DNA from: Botryllus schlosseri
Lineage: Eukaryota
DNA length: 64,000 nt
Direction: 5' to 3'
Assembly (NCBI GenBank): GCA_051294905.1
Contig: CM119371.1
Location: 37,326,001 to 37,390,000, forward strand
Shown here: one piece after another, positions 1-12,005 of the stretch
How positions within the stretch are numbered: the stretch's first letter is position 1
How the letters are laid out: every line of letters begins with the position of its first letter
The notes under the pieces: model-generated
The model's input: the letters and a program-made list of their open reading frames with translations, nothing else
Told to the model about the DNA's origin: nothing
The model's database searches: none
Position numbers and translations under genes: made by a program

Positions 1-892
1 CGTGGTAATATTTTGGTAATTAGTTTGTCGCAGACGGTGATTCGAAAACCAACAATATGACACTTTCTGGCGATTGCTATATGTTTTCACACCTCTGGAA
101 TAGAGGTTGACTTTAGTTGTGTGATAAGAATCATGAGAATACTCTATCAATGTGCTAATTCGCCAACTTGAAATCCGAATATGTTAATTTACCGCCTTGA
201 TATTAAGATAATATTATTTCAGATCCATCAAATAGATTTTCTTACTTGTCTGTTTGATTATTCACATATTGATTTGAAACACGCAAACTCATGAATTCCT
301 ACAACTTTATTAGCAAGCCAGTTATTTATTCGTAGTTGGAAATGTTATCGTTAAAGTACATCTTACCATACTCAAAAGAATCATTCACAACAACATTAAC
401 CAGAGTTAAAAATCTAGTTTTCACTTACTTGATTATATCATTACAACTTGCAAACGTGAATTAATTCATCCTGGTTGTATTCATATGACCGGTAATTTTT
501 ATTCAACTGTAAAAGTCGTTACTATTCTATAACACAAAGTAATTACTACTCGGTGCATACGACGAGATTTGAATACTCAGTCAATGATAGCAATTCCCAC
601 CAGTGAATCCGCATGTTATAATGTAAGACATCTGGATGTGAGAAACTCTTCACGGTCGTAGTTATTACCACATTGATTTACTAACTTATCCGACTTACTC
701 AAAGAAAAGTAGACACGATTTCGCTAATATACACAATCATTACAACTGTCAACTATATTAATTAATCTCGGTCGTATTCACATATCACAGACCTGTGTTT
801 TTATTTCACCTGTAAAATGTAATTGAAATCATAAGATAATCGAAGTAAAATGCTCATTGCGAACGTGCATATCAAAATCAAAAGAAGCTCAC

Positions 893-1053
893 CCTCTTTG
901 ACCAGCCGTATTGGAGAATGCGGTCGTTGCGAGTCTACCACCTTCTATCAGGCTTCCACATTCAGCTTGGGCGTCGTTCCAATTTTTAATATCAAGGGGC
1001 AGAAAGTAGTAGCAGTCATCTGGACCCTCCTGCCTCCAACCGGCCAACGGGTT
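893..1053 (-). CDS. Gene 1, last exon visible in window: N-terminal half of a C-type lectin domain (NPLAGWRQEGPDDCYYFLPLDIKNWNDAQAECGSLIEGGRLATTAFSNTAGQR)
   Basis: Acceptor ttttctttag|AAC and donor GG|gtgagc; 161 bp open in phase 0. GW..CYYF..W.DA...C....GG.LA is the typical CTLD beta1-alpha1 pattern. The rest of the domain must lie left of the window. Confidence 0.85.
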
Positions 1054-1232
1054 CTAAAGAAAACAGATCGCTCAATGTCAATGGATACGAAAGCCATAAA
1101 TTGACAACGAATGCGATTTGTAGGAAGGTTAGTTTTCTAGGTACGGTTCTACTTCGATTAATTCGCTCAACTAGACTGCGCGCGTCAAGATATCTGCTAT
1201 CGGTCGGTGTGTTTGGAAATAATATCCTAGAC

Positions 1233-2976
1233 CAGTGGTCGGGAACCTTTTTCGTCCGAAGAGCCATTTTGGCCCAATTTTTTCCATTTTAACTCCCAAA
1301 GAGCCATATATGTCAATCAACTGTTACGTCACGATTTAAAATTTGTGACGTCATCGTAGCACTTATACAATCTCACTACAGGGCATTCATCGTGTTGCCT
1401 CCTTTTTTCTGTAAAAACTCGTACTAATCATGCTGGTATAACCTTATTCGAGCATGCAAACCTTGAGTTACGAGAACGTAGCTTCGTAGTGATGCTCCTA
1501 TTAAATGCGAGAACCCGTGGTCACATGCGTAAGTGTAGCCAAACATGGTCACTACAGCAGTATATACCCAATGTAAGGAGCGTTACATCAGTGAGGCAAT
1601 TCGTCACCTGTCGCCAGGATGAGTGAGCGAAAATTGTGAAACCTTCAATTGCCATTGGTATTTTTTATCGATATTCATGAATGACTGAATTTTGAACATT
1701 TTCCTCCCTAAATTAGGAAATTTGCATATTTCTCATTCGAAAATAAAGCCTGAAACGATAGGCTATGCACAGACGGGCCAAGCTTCACCATTAGTACCGC
1801 AATTCATCGTAAATAGCTTAGAATTTATAATAACTGATGTTACTTGAATGTAAGATGGTCGCACTGATTCCGAATATCTAAATACTGCTCGACTTTTCAA
1901 TTCTCAAAGTGTAAGGCGGGAACATGTAACGTTGCGCCACACGCCTACATTATGTCGCTGGTACTACAAAACGACTTACCTATCAAGAACGTGGATAGTA
2001 GGGATGGTGTGAACCTGAGGTTCACGTTCGCGTTCTGTGTGTGAATCTCAGAAATTTAGAGGTTCACGTTCACAAATGAACTTTGGTAGGTTCTGCACTG
2101 TGAACCCTTTTCATATATTACAATTTTTACTTCATTATAACATCTTTGTATGAAATTTATTACATTTCAACTGCGGGCCACTCTATTCATGGCGCTGACA
2201 TGAGTATAAAAAAATACCAAACGACCATGCACCTTGATAGTCTCATAAATTTTACAGGCTTTGTTACAAATGTACTACATGTCGTCTGCGAATGATGCTT
2301 ATTCAGCTTCAGCATTGTGGCATTGTGTGGTCCGAGTCGTCGCTAGGTAAGGTGTACGTACACTAATATATATCACTTCACTGAAATGTAGGGTCGGAAT
2401 TAGCAATATGACGTCACGTGGCACACACACAGAGCCTTGCAAAAAGGTTCGCGTTCACACGAATCTGAACCTTTCAGAGGTTCACACCATCTCCAGTGGA
2501 TAGCTATGGCGTTGTTTGTAATTCGAGTTTGTAATTATGAACGTTACTTCCAAGGCAGTTCATGTCGCGCCGTAGATCACGAAGTCAGTGCGCATTTATT
2601 TGATAACTGCGTTGTCATATGGGCATCGCCATGTCTGCTATTCTCTTTCATCAATCAACGTATCGTGCAATCCAAGATTTCGAGTCGGGTACATCGAATT
2701 CGCGAGTGATATTAGTCGCGGGGCGACAGTAACCTAAATTTGGGGATTTTGAAAAGGGGGTCCGAGCCCCTTACCCTGAAGACGGCATTGTCTTTACCTC
2801 TCAAAAGACATGTTTATACAGTCACGAGAATAATTATTCAGGTCGTGATGAAAATTAACGAACAAGTTGCTGCAATATTGATCAATTCAGTTAAAAATTA
2901 AATATTTGGCAAAGAGCCATATCTTATACCCAAAAGAGCCATATATGGCTCGCGAGCCATAGCTTCCCGACCGCTG
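1233..2976. mobile_element. Non-autonomous hAT element
   Basis: TIRs CAGTGGTCGGGAA / TTCCCGACCGCTG; perfect 8-bp TSD TCCTAGAC (1225-1232, 2977-2984). Confidence 0.9.
1999..2495. mobile_element. hAT MITE with Ac-like TAGGGATG ends, nested in 1233-2976; partial relatives at ~4451-5310 and ~13610
   Basis: TIRs TAGGGATGGTGTGAACC / GGTTCACACCATCTCCA; perfect TSD GTGGATAG (1991-1998, 2496-2503). Confidence 0.9.
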
Positions 2977-3219
2977 TCCTAGACAAATTCATTTGGTCGA
3001 CCCGGACTAAAGTCTATTGCACTTGACTGAATTAATCCAACCGAATATTTTGACTCCGCAAAAACGAAGCAGCTCGTTTCAAGCTAGAAGGAGAGTATTG
3101 CGATTCTCGGCTATTTTACAGCAAAGGTCCAGTTATCAAAGCGTTAAATTTTCTTAGGTTGATTACAACTGTCCTGAAGTTATTTACAGTCACACAACTG
3201 TAATATGGTGTAACTATAT

Positions 3220-4255
3220 CAGGGGTCACCAACCTTTTTGCAACCGAGGGCTACTTTTGCGTAATGATTGACGCGGCGGGCTACTATTTACTCCCGTCGT
3301 TTACCCGTACCACGCTGAATTTCCGCTTTGATAATCATAGCACGGGGCAGGACTGGACATCATGTTATCTGTTTCTATAGCAGTCAGTTGGAAGCCTGGC
3401 ATTGCATGATATCAACTAGTGCGCTGTACTCTGGTATTTAACTTGACACTGCAATTCTGAGTGAGTGTTCCAGATGTGCATTAATTAAGCGTGTTTTGTG
3501 TTTGTTTTTGGATGAAGTTCATGTCCGAAAGAAGGCTGATTCACAACGATAAGTTGAGCCATAGACGCTTGCAACCTTCATAGCTGCTGCGCATACACCA
3601 CCGTACTTTTCTGTATCAACAATGCACCAAACGTTTGCTGCAGACTGAGGAGGGGTCATTTAGCAGTGTTACAATTTCAATCTCCAACTGTTCAGCATCC
3701 AGAAGTGACAAGATTTCATTATACCGGGCAGCAGCAGCGATTACAGAAAGTTAGAAACATCGTATATTAAACTTCGTTGAGTGTAACAGAAACAAGCTGT
3801 GCCAAAAGATGCAATACGTAATGGGTATACAGATATTGATAATCTGTTAGTACTTCACGGCTATCTGACTCCGATTAGTAATATTGCTTACTACTTTGGC
3901 ATTGTCCTGATCGTCGAGCTATCGTAACGGAGCCCCCCATCATTTCAAGAAGACCGTCGACGGCATTCCGTCATGTCGCCTTTATAGGCAATGCGCAGTA
4001 TCTTGAATTTCTGGTGATTCTATCGCATACATCTATATATTACTAATTGTGATTGAAGATATTTTTAAGTGTTTATATATGTGAGTTACATGTTAGTGTG
4101 TTTTAAACAAGAAAAGCTGAATCAATCAATCTATATATATATAAGCTCACTGGTAATAATATGGCGAATATTGGTAAATACTGCTATTCCACCTATTTTT
4201 AAAATGGGCTCGCGGGCTACTCATCTAGTCCTCGCGGGCTACCTGGTGCCCCCTG
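3220..4255 (-). mobile_element. Internally deleted Buster/SPIN/Charlie-type hAT element with a transposase C-terminal remnant (~3385-3720)
   Basis: Ends CAGGGGTCACCA / TGGTGCCCCCTG; TSD AACTATAT/AACTATAC. Frameshifted minus-strand translation AAMKVASVYGSTYRCESAF..DMNFI....RLINAHLEHSLRIAVSS..PEYSALV..MQCQAS matches the hAT dimerisation-domain motif GSTYxCExxFS. Confidence 0.8.
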
Positions 4256-5769
4256 AACTATACACTTCATCCAGTAAACCGGTATTCGCAAAAGCAATTG
4301 GAGAAATGTATGGGAGCATTGGTATTTTTAATTTCTGGCTGTTTTTTTAAATCCTAGTTCGCAAGTTGTGAGGGTCAGTCGAAGGCAGTGGTGAACGTTT
4401 TTACTGTTCATAGAGAAGCAAACTCCATTCTTTAGAACAGTGATTACCAATACGGATGGTGTGAACCTCGGAATGTAGAGCTTCCCGTTCACAAACGAAC
4501 CTTGGTAGGTTCTGCAAGGTGAATTTTTTCATAAAAGGCTATTACACTTTTTCACGTCAATATAGCATCTTTGGTTAAAATTCTTTGGATTTGAACTATA
4601 GGACCACTCTATGCATGGCGTTGGCAACATAAAAATCAACACTAAACGAGCATGCACCTTGCCAATCTTGAAAAAATTACATGCTTTCCTGCAAAAGTTT
4701 GCTCGAAATATTCATCTTTGTGTTCGTGAATATTCATAGTAATTCTCTGCTGTGAGCTCGACCCGCAATCACACATCAAGAACGAAATACACTACATGTA
4801 GCCTGGGTAGTCAGCGAATGATGCTTATTCAACCAATCAATGCAATTTATATAAATAATACATATCTGTCTAATGTAAAGAATCTAGCAAGCGTACGGGA
4901 TCGATGTTGATTTGATATGTTTATTGTATCATAAAAATGACATCCGCCCGATTGCAGTGTTGGTCGCAGCATAACTTGTTTTTGAGGTAATATCTGTATC
5001 AAGTATGGTTTTTCATTCTGAGTAACCTCCATTTAGCAAAAGTCTGATCACGCTTCAAGAATTGATTGTCCGGTCCAGCCTAGACCGTTTGGGCGTAAGC
5101 TTATGTACCCTTGCAAGTCCTCAGCGGAAAATGTCGAAGGGACGGAAACTACTGAAGGTATGTAATTATTAAACCATGTGATTGCTTCAGTTGATACATT
5201 TGGTGACGTTTAAAGAGACAGCATGTACTTTAGCATTGCCGCATAATGTGGCCTGAGTCGTTGCTAGGTGTCGTGTACATTAATATATGACTTTTACCGA
5301 GATGTAGGCTTGAAAAAAAGAGTATAAATTTGGGTAGCGACCGAACCAGAGCGATGTTTTACTATGTCTGTCATATTACCTGAAGTTCTTGCGCGTAAAA
5401 AGATTTCTTTGCGCAGCGCGAGATCTCCAGTGGGCAGTTTTTTTTGTTTCTAAGGAGGCTGTGTTGGGTGCTATAGTAAATAAGCGAGACACGGAGGAAA
5501 GTGGTTACGACAGTGGCTTGGTCTTGAAAATGTGCAGACCTTTGTATTACACAAATTTGTTTCATGTCGCGATGACATTTGTTTGGCTGGTTTCTTTGGA
5601 AAGCTCAACCTTGCGGAGTTGATAATAGTCGGGTAGCTTGAAGAGGGAAGATAGGGACCGTAACTACCGCACCCCACATTTTTTAAATATGGCATTGTCC
5701 ACCCTTTTATCCATGGAAGGTATTCAACTAGCTAGTCTAAGGGATAGGATATTTAAAAGGTAATCTCAC

Positions 5770-5888
5770 TGCAGTGGCCGCTGCGGTTGTGGTCGCTTCG
5801 GTTGTGCTCGATGTGGTTATGGTAGCTGCGGGTATGGTAGCTGTCGGTGTGGTCACTGCCGCTGTGGTTGTGCTCGGATTTAATGACC
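5770..5888 (-). CDS. Gene 1 exon: Thr/Ala-rich mucin-like stalk ((R)SLNPSTTTAAVTTPTATIPAATITTSSTTEATTTAAATA)
   Basis: Acceptor tttgtttcag|GG, donor GCA|gtgaga; 119 bp. Phase 1 in and phase 0 out match the flanking exons exactly. Confidence 0.8.
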
Positions 5889-6004
5889 CTGAAACAAAGA
5901 TGTTATAAAATTGTTGATTTGTTTAAGGCAGTGGTCCATAACCTTATCTCCAGTGCCCCCCAGGAGGCGATATGGATTTTGAAGGGAGCGGAAACTCTCA
6001 GGGG

Positions 6005-6192
6005 CAATGTTCCCTCTGATTTTTGACGAGACTGCTCACCAAATCACTGCGCAGACTCTTGGACAACAGTGCGTAACGACTAAAAAAAAGGTCATCCCTT
6101 CGGATTTTTGGTGCGCAACTTGTATTTTCTGTGCGCAGACACCGTGTCAGCACTGCGCATTTGCGCACTTGCGCAGCTTAGAGGGAACATTG
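6005..6192. mobile_element. 188-bp hAT MITE (CAATGTTCCCTCT ends)
   Basis: Perfect 13-bp TIRs; perfect TSD CTCAGGGG (5997-6004, 6193-6200). Confidence 0.9.
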
Positions 6193-7052
6193 CTCAGGGG
6201 GTGAAAAAAATGGTCTCGCATTAGATGGTGTACTAAGGACATATGATTATATAGTAGAACAATAGTTATATATATCCCTGAGTTCTCACTGCAAACTAAC
6301 ATTGAACAAAATCTGTCATATCACAACGTTTTTCGTTGCGCTCATCGCGAAATATCCACCGACCATGTTTCCATGAATGCAGTGGGTTATTTTAATTCAT
6401 GTAAAATGAATTTGGCGTACTTTTAGCTTGCCAATTATAACCACTGAGCCATATAAACACTAGAGTGCGCTACTCGCGATATTTACGTGATCACTATGGG
6501 TAGTTGCATTGTGGGTAGTAAGCTGGACGACTTAGTACAGGCGCTTATGGAAAAGCGTCCAGCGTTTAAATTTCCTACAGTGCACAGATTGCTGTAACCA
6601 GCATAGCCTCAATCTCAGTGAGCATTAGGCAATTCTAGCTTCTTCTGAATAAGGACCCATTCATTCCATTTTTTTCTCATTCAATGATCTCATTTGATCA
6701 CTTCTGCAGAAATCGCTAGCCCATATTGCTGCACATAGCTGACATGTCCTTATTTTCACTTTCTGGGATTTATTTAAATTTGCTGAGACAATGAATACGT
6801 AGAATAACCATAAGATGGCATTCAATTGATTGCAGCAGTGCCTTTTGATATGTCACATGATGCTGAATTTTCTCCACCACGTAGCTGGTAGCAGGCACAT
6901 CAGCGCCATTGCAGTAAGTAGATTTTGAATCCAGGCTTGGGTATTCCGGGGCAGTCTCCGGTAATAACTTCAAGCTGGCAATCGTAGATGCTCTTACCAC
7001 AAGAACGAGAGATCTTCCACATGTCGAACTACAGAGATAACACACATATGAA

Positions 7053-8451
7053 CAATGTTCCCTCTAAGCTGCTCACGTGCGCAAATGCGCAGTGCTGAAA
7101 CGGTCTCTGCACACAGAAAATCTAAGCTCCGCACAAAAAATCAGAAGTGATGTTTTTTTAGTCGTTGCGCACTGTTGTCCAATGGACCACGCAGGCGCAC
7201 AGACTCGTCAAAAATTAGATGCAACATTGCCAGGGCCAAATAGTGTTATCACCAAAGTCTGAAATCGCGGTCGAAGTGCGGCCCGCAAAGGTAAATATTG
7301 CGCTCCGTGAAGAAATGAGAATTTACTATCACGTGCGCCTCACGGAAGAGATTTTTTTAGTATGGTCTCGTACGCGTGAGCGATACTGATATCATTTCAA
7401 TAGCGCTTTATTTTCTGGGAATAGCGAAATAACATGGTTTAACAAAGTTATAAATAAAAATGGGCTAGCTCGAAGTTAATCTGCGAGAAACTAACGAATA
7501 GTCTTCTCCGCGTGGGATTGCGTAAGATTTACTCAGGACCGTAACAGCCGCACCACAAACCCTCCAATTGGAGGGACCGAGCTCGACGGGGCCCAAAAAT
7601 TATTTCGTGTATTAACATAACTCATGATGTATTTTTTTGGAGTTTTCAGGATTTTTTTGCGCTTAGCGATTTAATATTGTCGGATATCTTGATTATTGGA
7701 TACCCTATCCCGACAAAAAAATACGCATGATTTATAGAAATGGGCACTTGGGCGTCGGCCATTACCGCACCATGACCCGCCAAGACATATGAAATTGAAG
7801 GATGTGTAACATATGCGACTCCGAGAAGTGTGCCAGATCGATCAACAGCGAGAAAACCTTGGCCGAAAACGACTGTTCTTGTGCTGTCCCGGTGATACGA
7901 GTCCCAAAACAAGACAAATGCTATATCGAGGGAACATTATCTTCCAGTAAATAAATACCAATTTCAAATGGTGTACCTCTTTTAGTTTATAACGTTTGGG
8001 CGATTTCAATATCTTTTGACATAGCAGATAGGAGGTCACGAAATAGCATCATGTAACGAAGTCATTACCAACGGGTACGTACGAAGACGTTTTGATATTA
8101 TTTAGAGGGCCTATCTATTCCAACACACCCCGCTCGATCAGCTCTACCGGTAAATCTGATTATGTGAGCAGGGAGAGGATAAAAATTAATAGCACTATAT
8201 ATGCTATTCCCGATCATATTGACCAATGCAACCATGAATTATATAAATTTTTCGCGTTCCGCGCGCTTAGGCGACACAACCACTATTGCGATGATAGCCA
8301 CACGGAAAAAGCCTATATCCCGGGGGGTCAGGGGGCGAAGCCCCCAGAAGTTAGTTTATTACCCTTTGGGGGGTTGCGCACTGTTGTCCAAGTGCCTGCG
8401 CAGTGAGTTGGCGTGTTTGCGCACACTCGTGAAAAATTAGAGGGAACATTG
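7053..8451. mobile_element. Composite CAATGTTCCCTCT-ended hAT element; inverted sister copy at 51819-53310
   Basis: TIRs CAATGTTCCCTCTAA / TTAGAGGGAACATTG; TSD CATATGAA/CATAAGAA; colinear with the reverse complement of 51819-53310. Confidence 0.85.
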
Positions 8452-9367
8452 CATAAGAACACGAGACATTGGGCCTAAACAAATCCTGAATGTTACGATA
8501 ATTATTCATTCAAAGCTCTATTCGTATAAAATACTACAAACCCATTATGAATCAAATATAGTTAAACATTGGACGCTCTTCCATAAGCGCCTGTACCAAA
8601 TCGTCCAGCTTACTACCCGCAATGCATCATCTGCCCATGGTGATCACGCAAATTTGCTTAGCCGGAGATAGCAGTAGTTCGGGGCTTGGTTATAATACAC
8701 CCGTCAGGCTAGCTACTCCAAGTCGTTTCGACACCTTCCTATTTTTTCATTGTATCGCAGTTTTGTGCTGTTTTTAAATGATGAAAATATTATTAAACTG
8801 ATACTTATACTGATAGCTCGGGTTAGTTGCCACAAAATGTTCTGAGCCAGGTATTTTATCGTGCAGTGCACTGCGTGTCGAAATCGAGAAGGCACTGCAG
8901 GCTACTGTAGGCCTATAACTTTTGAGAGTGATGCCCGTTGTACATTAAAGATATTTTGACGTTTTTTGACGAAAATAATTAACTCAATATACTTGTATTT
9001 GAGAGCTACAAAATTAAATACTCAGAATATTTCTTCGTCGTATCATAAAGGATGATACTGCTTAGTGTTGTCACCCCCAATAATGTTAAAGTTAAGAGCT
9101 AGGTGCAGGACTGAATTTAACCCGTTAGGTGTTATAACAACCTGGACTTGATCTCGAAAATAGCACCTACAAATATACTGTTCATTATTCGAGTGGCCTA
9201 ATAGTGAAGTCCAAATCTGAAAGCGGACTTCGACCACTCACCCATTGTTTTTACTACATTCCTTAAAATAGGGGGGGCGCCAGATTCAGGCAATGTTTGA
9301 AAGGGGGCGCTGGAGAAAAAAGGTCAAGAACCACTGGTTTAAAGCAATAATAGTATGACCGCTAGAG

Positions 9368-10337
9368 CAGTGGTTCCCAACCCTTTTCATCTCGTGGACC
9401 CCTCTAGCCGAAATTTGAGTCAAAATCCCCCTCCCCCATAGTAGAAATCAGCGCGATGATAAAAAAAATCATCTGCTTTCGCGCAAAACTTACTAACTGA
9501 AAAATAAGACGAGTACTACTGTACTACTACTACTAGCCTACTGCGCAAAAATAGACTGATGCATCTTCCCGGCTTCAAGTGATACTAAAAATTATCGTCC
9601 CATCATGATTGCGAATACAGTTTGACTAAAGTCTGTAAATCAAGCATATTAAATGCGTTATTTTTTCATTTTTAGTTTTCTAGCGAAGCTAAACCGCGCA
9701 AAGCGCGCAAAAGAATACGTCAGGTTAAATGAATTTTCTGAAAAACAATCTATTTATTGCTCATTGAAAAAATTACTAAAGAATTGGAGGTATGGTCCCT
9801 CTCGACCTCTGACTGTTGAATATAGCAAAATATATGAATTCGTCACTTTCCATTTTGGCAACATTGCACCAAGTTTAGTATGTTTTTTTTCGCTCGTGTG
9901 GATCTTCACTCAAAATAAAGTAAGCGATCTCTTTGACTTGAATCGATGACGTTGGAATGTTTTGTCACTATCTGAACAATATTGAATTGAAAATAAGATA
10001 AATACTTTCACTGGAAGCCTCGTGGGGACAGATTCGACACGACTTTGCACGCCAAGGAGAAATTCGGTGGCGAGGCCGTCGCGGGTCTCGCGAACACCAC
10101 TTTTAGCTTAAAAAATATGGAGGGAGTAAATGTATGGTAAAGAGAGATTTCATACAGCAATTGAACATACAAAATAACAGCAAAAAAGAACATGCGTTCG
10201 AAAATAACTAGTGTACTACTTGCCAGTTCGGACTTGAAAAAGTTGGTAAATCCGTTACAATTCTAACGCAAAATACCCACCTAAAAATTACAAAATTCCG
10301 CCCAATGAAGGAAGTTCTACCCGGTTAGGAACCACTG
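9368..10337. mobile_element. Non-autonomous hAT element
   Basis: TIRs CAGTGGTTCCCAACC / GGTTAGGAACCACTG; TSD CGCTAGAG/CACTAGAG. Confidence 0.85.
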
Positions 10338-10405
10338 CACTAGAGAATAAATAATGGATAAATTTGATGTGCTTACATAGTTAACTTCACGATTCGACCA
10401 CTCAC

Positions 10406-10616
10406 TGATTAAAGCGTAAAGAAGTAGATTGTTGAAGAGTGAACTGCTCGGACTCCGAAGCTCGGGCCGAGATTGAGGTCCATAGACTTGTTCGGAGTTT
10501 CGGTTGAAGGGCCAAGGTTGGAGTTGAGGCCGAGGTTGAGGTTGAACCACGGGCCCGTACACCTGGTTGGGGATGAAGGGTGTATATCCGAGGTTTTGGT
10601 GACTATCATAAACAAT
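10406..10616 (-). CDS. Gene 1 exon: Pro/Gln/Tyr-rich segment ending in a Leu-rich helix (IVYDSHQNLGYTPFIPNQVYGPVVQPQPRPQLQPWPFNRNSEQVYGPQSRPELRSPSSSLFNNLLLYALI)
   Basis: Acceptor tttttttcag|ATT, donor ATC A|gtgagt; 211 bp. Only phase 0 is open, and the phase-1 end joins the 5888 exon (A+GG = Arg). Confidence 0.8.
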
Positions 10617-11014
10617 CTGAAAAAAAAACAGAAACAAATTTGAAATGCTGGGAGTCAACTGTCGACTCCATTTCAAACCCTTAAAATGAAATACAGTAGC
10701 CTCCGCTTAATTCGGCCGCTTTGTCTTCGCTGACTTTTGGCCGATATATTGCGGGTCGTCTTTTTCAAGATGAAGCGGAAAATCAATTTTTAATTACAAT
10801 GTCATGCATAAAGGCAGACGTCACATAAAAAATTTTGTACTGTTGATTACCCTCGTAGACATTTTTCAATTTTATTTTTACTGTTTTAGAACGATTGATT
10901 GAGATTACCTAATTTCAAGTTTATTTCCGTTTCCAAACACTTTGGCGAAATAAGGCAGTTCTCCAAGTTATCCGGTCTCGAAATTGAGCCGAATTGGGTG
11001 CACTTGAAACTTAC

Positions 11015-11035
11015 CGACCCCATCTCTAGTACTCT
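11015..11035 (-). CDS. Possible 21-bp symmetric micro-exon of gene 1 (RVLEMGS)
   Basis: ctctcaatag|AGA...TCG|gtaagt; phase 0-0; upstream intron would be only 57 bp. Not needed to keep the frame. Confidence 0.45.
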
Positions 11036-11092
11036 CTATTGAGAGCGTATTTTTGCCGGGATGAATGGTTACCGAAAAGAGAAACAACTCAC

Positions 11093-11124
11093 GTGCTTCG
11101 TTTCTGTTTCCACGACGCTTTCTG
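11093..11124 (-). CDS. Gene 1 exon 2, 32 bp ((P)ESVVETETKH)
   Basis: cctatttcag|CA ... CAC|gtgagt; phase 1 in, phase 0 out. Needed to link the signal exon to the 10616 exon without a stop. Confidence 0.75.
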
Positions 11125-11322
11125 CTGAAATAGGAATCAGATAAAGTGTTTCGTAGGACTGGGGAAACCATATGGCCTCTTTTAAGAGGATTTGTCCTCA
11201 TTTTTCAAGAAATTGAAACTGTCATCGGAGAACGCCCAAGTGACCTCTTTTTCTAGAATAAGTGTTGAACCGTCTAAAAGTCAGGCTTGGCGAGGAAATA
11301 AACGAAAAATACCGCCTGACGA

Positions 11323-11609
11323 GTGGCGAGATAGCGCAGTGGTATAATCTGCGGCTGCAACACCAATGGCTTGCGGGTTCGAGCTCGACCAATGTCGACT
11401 TCTGAGTTCCTATACCTACGTGTTGGAGGTTTATCTAGGCTCCTCCTCGCCATCTCATCCGCGTAGCCGGTGTCTTTCAAAAAGCCTAGAAGTGGACCGT
11501 GCTATAAGTCGGCAGTTACGGAATAGAAATGAAGATTATCGGCCTGGTGTAAATGACCATAGTAGTCGACAAACACCACGGATACCTTATAACCAACCAA
11601 CCAACCAAC
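11323..11609 (+). mobile_element. tRNA-derived SINE family A; full copy also at 24177-24446, head-only fragments at ~42743-42801 and ~44281-44328
   Basis: A-box-like TAGCGCAGTGG, B-box-like GGTTCGAGCTC, shared body, (AACC)n or (AAAC)n tail. Confidence 0.8.
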
Positions 11610-11808
11610 GGCTTGACGAGTATTTCGGCAGTCGAGTCGAAAAAATGACCTTTTGTTTAATCAACCCGATACTACTATTCGACAAAATTGCCAAATCACC
11701 CCTTTTCTCCCCCGGTGTAAAATAGCTTTCAAAATTTTTGAAATATGTCCTGGTTTTCAGATATCAAAACATAGTAATCCTACACAGCACATAATGCAGA
11801 ATACTCAC

Positions 11809-11866
11809 GCTCAGATGCGCAGACGACGTAAGCGTACATCGCGAGGCAAAGAATTGCAATCTTCAT
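11809..11866 (-). CDS. Gene 1 first coding exon: signal peptide MKIAILCLAMYAYVVCASE
   Basis: ATG at 11866, basic residue, hydrophobic core, small-residue cleavage region; donor C|gtgagt (phase 1). Confidence 0.8.
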
Positions 11867-12005
11867 TTCGAATCTACAATATCTACAATCTAACTAATAC
11901 AAAATTAAATAACACGGAAATTATTAATTGGAAGCCTTGCGCTGTTTTCTCGACCATTTAGGCACATCACTGATCCTGGGGTGCCTGCACGAGCACAATA
12001 ATCAC

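Larger units (their letters stand above)
5929..9336. mobile_element. Non-autonomous hAT element carrying nested insertions (intron of gene 1); ends related to 45292-47245
   Basis: Ends CAGTGGTCCATAACC / GGTCAAGAACCACTG; TSD GTTTAAGG/GTTTAAAG. Internal ~80-bp inverted repeats at ~6487-6570 and ~8563-8648 mark a further nested element. Confidence 0.75.

Noticed and set aside
4850..5155. Possible terminal exon of gene 1 (acceptor near 5152, AATAAA near 4920)
   Set aside because: Lies within a split MITE copy and gives an immediate stop in phase 0; the CTLD exon at 1053 fits much better.
5771..5880. Cys/Gly/Arg-rich plus-strand reading resembling a metallothionein or keratin-associated protein
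   Set aside because: It is the antisense of the Thr/Ala exon, whose splice sites and phases are on the minus strand.
11323..11395. tRNA genes at 11323, 13906, 24177 and 42743
   Set aside because: No convincing acceptor stem; the heads continue into shared SINE bodies and simple-repeat tails or are truncated.
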